Source of the DNA: a virus
Strand: one strand, 5' to 3'
Length of the DNA: 64,000 nt
Virus record (IMG/VR): IMGVR_UViG_3300008012_000023
Span: 28,982 to 92,981 of that record
Shown here: positions 59,980 to 64,000 of the stretch, in pieces
How the letters are laid out: every line of letters begins with the position of its first letter
How positions within the stretch are numbered: the stretch's first letter is position 1
Translations under genes and position numbers: made by a program
The notes under the pieces: model-generated
The model's database searches: none
The model's input: only the letters and a program-made list of their open reading frames with translations
Told to the model about the DNA's origin: nothing

Positions 59980-60999
59980 ATGACAACTAGAAATTTTAGA
60001 GTCAATAATGGTATATCGGTTGGTGACGTAACAATAAGTGCTTCATCTAACACGATCACAGGAATGTCCGCATCAGCGCCATCGAGCGACGGTGACGCGG
60101 CAAACAAAAAATATGTGGATGATCAGATCTCGGCGATATCGCAAACAGCGATCACGTCTGGGACCACTAATGCCACAGTAAACGCAACAACATTCACAGT
60201 CACAGCATCTGGAAACACAGAACTTACAGTTGACGACGGTGGTGTAAGGATTTACGGTAACCTGACAGTGGACGGCACAGAGTCCATCATCAACACACAG
60301 AACTTGTCGGTTGAAGATGCGATCATCTCAATGAACAGGAACCTTTCAAGTTCAACGGAAATGCCAAGATTCACTGGTATACACGCACACAGGGGATCAG
60401 GTTCAACACTGACAGAACAGGACCCTTACTTTGTGTGGGATGACGCTTTCGCGGACGACGGTACGAGTATCTATGGAAACACAGGTGGTGCCTGGACTGC
60501 CATGGTGTCAACTCACAACGAAGGCTTGGAGACTCCAAACTCGGACTTCACACTAGCGGACATGAGATGTAACGTGATGCACGCCACGTCAACTTCGGCC
60601 CAATACGCCGACGTTGCTGAAAGATTTGCCGCTGATGCTCCAATGGCTGAAGGTGCTGTTGTAATGTTAGGTGGAACACAAGAAATCACAGAAACAACTG
60701 AAGACAAATCAGATTCTGTATTTGGTGTTGTTTCTTCTAAACCAGCATATGCCATGAATGCACTAGCAGGCAACAACGAATCACACCCGTTTGTGGCAAT
60801 GACAGGTAGAACTCCAGTGAGAGTATCTGGTACTGTACAAAAAGGTCAAAGATTGGTAACTTCATCCATCAAAGGAACTGCCAGAGCAGTGGAAGATGGT
60901 GAAACTATCAACCCATTCCACGTTATTGGTAGAGCACTTGAAAGCAAAACCGATGCGGATATTGGCATGGTAAATTGTGTGGTGAGAACCAACAACTAA
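59980..60999 (+). CDS. Short fibre/spike protein with Peptidase_G2-like chaperone
   Basis: HATSTSAQYADVAERF...FGVVSSKPAYAMN...VAMTGRTPVRV...KGQRLVTS...IGRALE. Confidence 0.8.
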   Translation: MTTRNFRVNNGISVGDVTISASSNTITGMSASAPSSDGDAANKKYVDDQISAISQTAITSGTTNATVNATTFTVTASGNTELTVDDGGVRIYGNLTVDGTESIINTQNLSVEDAIISMNRNLSSSTEMPRFTGIHAHRGSGSTLTEQDPYFVWDDAFADDGTSIYGNTGGAWTAMVSTHNEGLETPNSDFTLADMRCNVMHATSTSAQYADVAERFAADAPMAEGAVVMLGGTQEITETTEDKSDSVFGVVSSKPAYAMNALAGNNESHPFVAMTGRTPVRVSGTVQKGQRLVTSSIKGTARAVEDGETINPFHVIGRALESKTDADIGMVNCVVRTNN

Positions 61000-61023
61000 T
61001 AAATATTACAACTTTTTAGTAGT

Positions 61024-61054
61024 AAAAGGGCGGCTTCGGTCGCCCTTTTTTTTT
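61024..61054 (+). terminator. Rho-independent terminator
   Basis: AAAGGGCGGCTTCGGTCGCCCTTTTTTTT, identical to the post-MCP terminator. Confidence 0.9.
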
Positions 61055-61059
61055 AGGCG

Positions 61060-61067
61060 TATAAATA
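61060..61067 (+). promoter_or_regulatory. Late promoter TATAAATA
   Basis: Exact motif directly after the terminator. Confidence 0.75.
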
Positions 61068-61152
61068 CTCATACTGCTGTCGGCCGGCAATGACAACGAG
61101 GCCGTGTAGAGCATATGCTCTGCTAACAAAATTATAAAAGGAGTACCAGAAT

Positions 61153-64000
61153 ATGGCCATTGGTCGTATATCGGGTTCGGTTTTAAAGTCCAATCTGACT
61201 AGGAATGGCACGGACCTTGCATTTGAAACAAACCTATTGTATCTCGATGTCACGAACTCACGTATAGGTATTGGTACTTCAGAACCCACATCGACACTAC
61301 AGGTTTCGGGCCTGGTCACTGCCACAAATCTTGTATCAACACAAAATATAACATCGGGTGCCAACATACTTCTGGCAGACAACGGCATACTGTACGCAGG
61401 ATCAGGAAACGACCTGCAGATATATCACAACGGGACCAACAGTTACATAGACAATTCAACAGGAAGTCTCTACATCAGGGATACCAGTGGAGGCGACGTA
61501 AGGATACAGGGCAAGTCCGGCGAGGAATCCCTCGTGGCAAACGCGGACGGCAGTGTGGAAATCTATCATGACAACAGCAAAAAAATAGAGACCACATCAA
61601 CAGGAGCCACTGTGTTTGGAGATGCCTCGATACAGGGATCACTGTACACAGACACCATTGTAGCATCAACTTCGAATTCAGACTTAACCATCGATGCCAG
61701 CGGTACAGGTGAAGTAAGGATCAACGGTATAACAATGCCGTCAACAGATGGATCAAACGGACAAATACTTCAGACAAACGGATCTGGGGTACTATCGTTT
61801 GCGGATGCATCTGGGGGTGGGGGTGGAAACAACACAGCAGTCAGACAGTTCAACTACTACAAACTAGACACAACATCGGCAGTCATAGACCAATTTAACA
61901 TAGCAGAATATCGAGGTGCCATATATGACATAGTTCTCGAAGACCAGGCAAACGGATTCGTGGGACATCTAAAAGTCTCTGTGGTGCATGATGATTCTAC
62001 TCCGTATGTTTCGACCTACAATGTCAATGAAGATTCTACCAGGATTGCGGATTTCACAGTTGCCATATCGGACGGAATGGTGCAGTTGTCGGGTGCGACC
62101 AACACCTCATCACACACCAACCTGAGGATATACAGGATAGCACTGGGAGATCATCATGAAACGGTCTCTAACACAAATTCCAAAATTATAAAAACCACTA
62201 GCAACATTGGATCAAGTGCGACCACATTGGATCAGTTCACTAAAACAGATATCAGAGGTGCGAAATATGTGATATTGATAAAAGACGACACAGCAGGTGA
62301 CTACCAGATATCGGAGACCAGTCTTACACATGATGGCACAACTGTTTACCACAATGACTATGCCTATGTGTCAAGCAGAGGAGCACCATTACACACCTTC
62401 AGCGGTTCGATATCAGATGCCACAGTGACCTTAAGTTCGTCATCGGCAGGAAACACCACAGGCACAGCAATACTATACAGGCAAGACTTGGGTACAAAAA
62501 CCAAACTGGGAGAGTTTGACAAATTCCTTTACGGAATAAAAGAAGACATTGACAGTGCGATCGAAACTGTTGATTCCTTTGATGTTTTTCAATACAAAAC
62601 GGCCAGATATTTTATAACGCTGGAATCTGGTTCGGAATATCAAAATTCCGAAGTGACAATGACCGTAAACAATGCTGGCACAGATGCCACAATTTCAGAA
62701 AGTTTTGTGATCACAGGCAATAATACCCTAGCCACATTCACGGCAGACGTCTCCGCGGGTAAGGCCAGATTGAGAGCAAGTTGTAACCCCAACACCAAAG
62801 TTTATTACGCTAGACTGGCAATAGAAGCCGACAATATCTATAGGGCGAATGGCCAGACATTGGATAATGTCTTCATAAGACACAACAATTTTGATTTGAC
62901 CGACACACAAGCAAATTTTTCTGGCACAACTGGATCATTGACACTGCCCAACGGTACCACGGCACAGAGACCAACCGGTGCCAATGGTATGTTGAGGTAC
63001 AACACATCTCTGTCAAGGTACGAGAAATGGGATGGTTCGGAATTCGTGGACATATTGGCCACAACCACAGCGGCCGCGGACACAGACAACACAACTTCAC
63101 CGACTCCAGATACCGGCATAGGAACAGCACAGTCGGTAATAGATCAATTTTCAACATCAAGTTTTGACAGTGCCTACTACTATGCTGTAACCAGAGACGA
63201 GATCAACAATGATGTAGCGACGGAAAGATACACCTTGGTTCACAATGACTCACAGGCATTTGTGTCATCATCAAACGGTGTTCAGTCGGGATCGGCAGAC
63301 CATATGAGTGTCGACGCCGACATATCCGGTGGCAACGTTAGGTTACTGGCCACGGGAGCCAGTGTGGTCAACTCCGTGTCTTTGTTCAGAATAGGTCTGG
63401 GAGATTCGACAACAGCATCAAGTTCTGGCAACACATCAACCATACTCAACACAGACGTAGACAGTGCTGTAGAAAATTTAGATACCTGGAGTGCAACCAC
63501 ATACAGAGGCGCCAAATATTTCATATCAGTCAATGCCGCCAACGGAGAACTTTCAAACCTTGAGGCGGTGGTTGTAACAGATGGTTCAGATGCCTACATA
63601 TCAATTTACAATGAAATTTTCACAGGCAATGATTCCTTGCTGACCTTGTCGGCGGATGTTTCTTCGGGTTCGGTGAGATTGAGGGCATCCGGCAACACAC
63701 CAAACTGCAATGTCAAGATGTACAGGATACTGCTGGGAGATTCAGAAACAACAGCAACAGGTGACACTATCAAGACAGTGGGAGCATCCAGTGTCAGCAG
63801 TAGTGCCACATCAATAGACACTTTCTCAACCGAATCTGTGACAGGTGCCCAGTACGTTGTTGTTGGATACAATTCAGCGGAAGGTGCCGCCAGCATCTCT
63901 GAAGTACACGTGGTCACTGATGGTTCCGACGCATATGTCAGTTCTGGACCAATAGTTTCCAGTAAAGATTCAGATCAATTGACATTCACTGCCGCGTTAT
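61153..64000 (+). CDS. Large repeat-containing virion fibre protein (partial, runs off window end)
   Basis: Not in the ORF track. ATG 61153 after AAGGAG gives MAIGRISGSVLKSNLTRNGTDLAFETNLLYLDVTNSRIGIGT...; at least six ~90-aa D(Q/S/T)F...YRGA.Y...HDG repeats. Confidence 0.85.
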   Translation, partial: MAIGRISGSVLKSNLTRNGTDLAFETNLLYLDVTNSRIGIGTSEPTSTLQVSGLVTATNLVSTQNITSGANILLADNGILYAGSGNDLQIYHNGTNSYIDNSTGSLYIRDTSGGDVRIQGKSGEESLVANADGSVEIYHDNSKKIETTSTGATVFGDASIQGSLYTDTIVASTSNSDLTIDASGTGEVRINGITMPSTDGSNGQILQTNGSGVLSFADASGGGGGNNTAVRQFNYYKLDTTSAVIDQFNIAEYRGAIYDIVLEDQANGFVGHLKVSVVHDDSTPYVSTYNVNEDSTRIADFTVAISDGMVQLSGATNTSSHTNLRIYRIALGDHHETVSNTNSKIIKTTSNIGSSATTLDQFTKTDIRGAKYVILIKDDTAGDYQISETSLTHDGTTVYHNDYAYVSSRGAPLHTFSGSISDATVTLSSSSAGNTTGTAILYRQDLGTKTKLGEFDKFLYGIKEDIDSAIETVDSFDVFQYKTARYFITLESGSEYQNSEVTMTVNNAGTDATISESFVITGNNTLATFTADVSAGKARLRASCNPNTKVYYARLAIEADNIYRANGQTLDNVFIRHNNFDLTDTQANFSGTTGSLTLPNGTTAQRPTGANGMLRYNTSLSRYEKWDGSEFVDILATTTAAADTDNTTSPTPDTGIGTAQSVIDQFSTSSFDSAYYYAVTRDEINNDVATERYTLVHNDSQAFVSSSNGVQSGSADHMSVDADISGGNVRLLATGASVVNSVSLFRIGLGDSTTASSSGNTSTILNTDVDSAVENLDTWSATTYRGAKYFISVNAANGELSNLEAVVVTDGSDAYISIYNEIFTGNDSLLTLSADVSSGSVRLRASGNTPNCNVKMYRILLGDSETTATGDTIKTVGASSVSSSATSIDTFSTESVTGAQYVVVGYNSAEGAASISEVHVVTDGSDAYVSSGPIVSSKDSDQLTFTAAL

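Noticed and set aside
1-64000. Stop-codon reassignment, diversity-generating retroelement, tRNA genes
   Set aside because: Long ORFs are intact in the standard code and use TAA, TAG and TGA as stops; no reverse transcriptase or template/variable repeat pair seen; no cloverleaf recognised by eye.

Overview
A 64-kb segment of a large T4-related myovirus, probably aquatic; the host cannot be determined from this window. It uses the standard genetic code and has no tRNA, CRISPR array, integrase or transposase. Left arm (minus strand, 1-29.2 kb): tail-fibre and baseplate module, with three paralogous fibres, a Gly-rich protein, a 4198-aa wedge-like protein and gp6-, gp25-, gp5-, hub-, gp53- and tube-initiator-like genes. 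Centre: late sigma factor gp55, the gp47/gp46 (Mre11/Rad50) nuclease and an accessory cluster. That cluster holds a Rossmann-fold protein, a 2OG-Fe(II) oxygenase, an Hc1-like protein, a GIY-YIG nuclease, a ~370-nt highly structured non-coding element, an ATE/Bpt-like aminoacyl-tRNA-protein transferase and a DUF1415-like protein. A gp26/gp51-like pair follows, apparently joined by a -1 frameshift. Right arm (plus strand): tape measure, portal, core, protease, scaffold and major capsid protein, interspersed glycan/sulfo-modifying enzymes and many fibre/decoration proteins. Most notable: (1) the unexplained structured RNA between the GIY-YIG nuclease and the tRNA-dependent transferase; (2) a lambda G/GT-type -1 slippery site linking the gp26- and gp51-like ORFs next to the tape measure gene; (3) compact transcriptional wiring, with face-to-face sigma70/late promoters at gp55, TAAATA late promoters overlapping stop codons and probably giving leaderless mRNAs, and structured leaders. 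Protein assignments come from motif recognition by eye, not from database searches.
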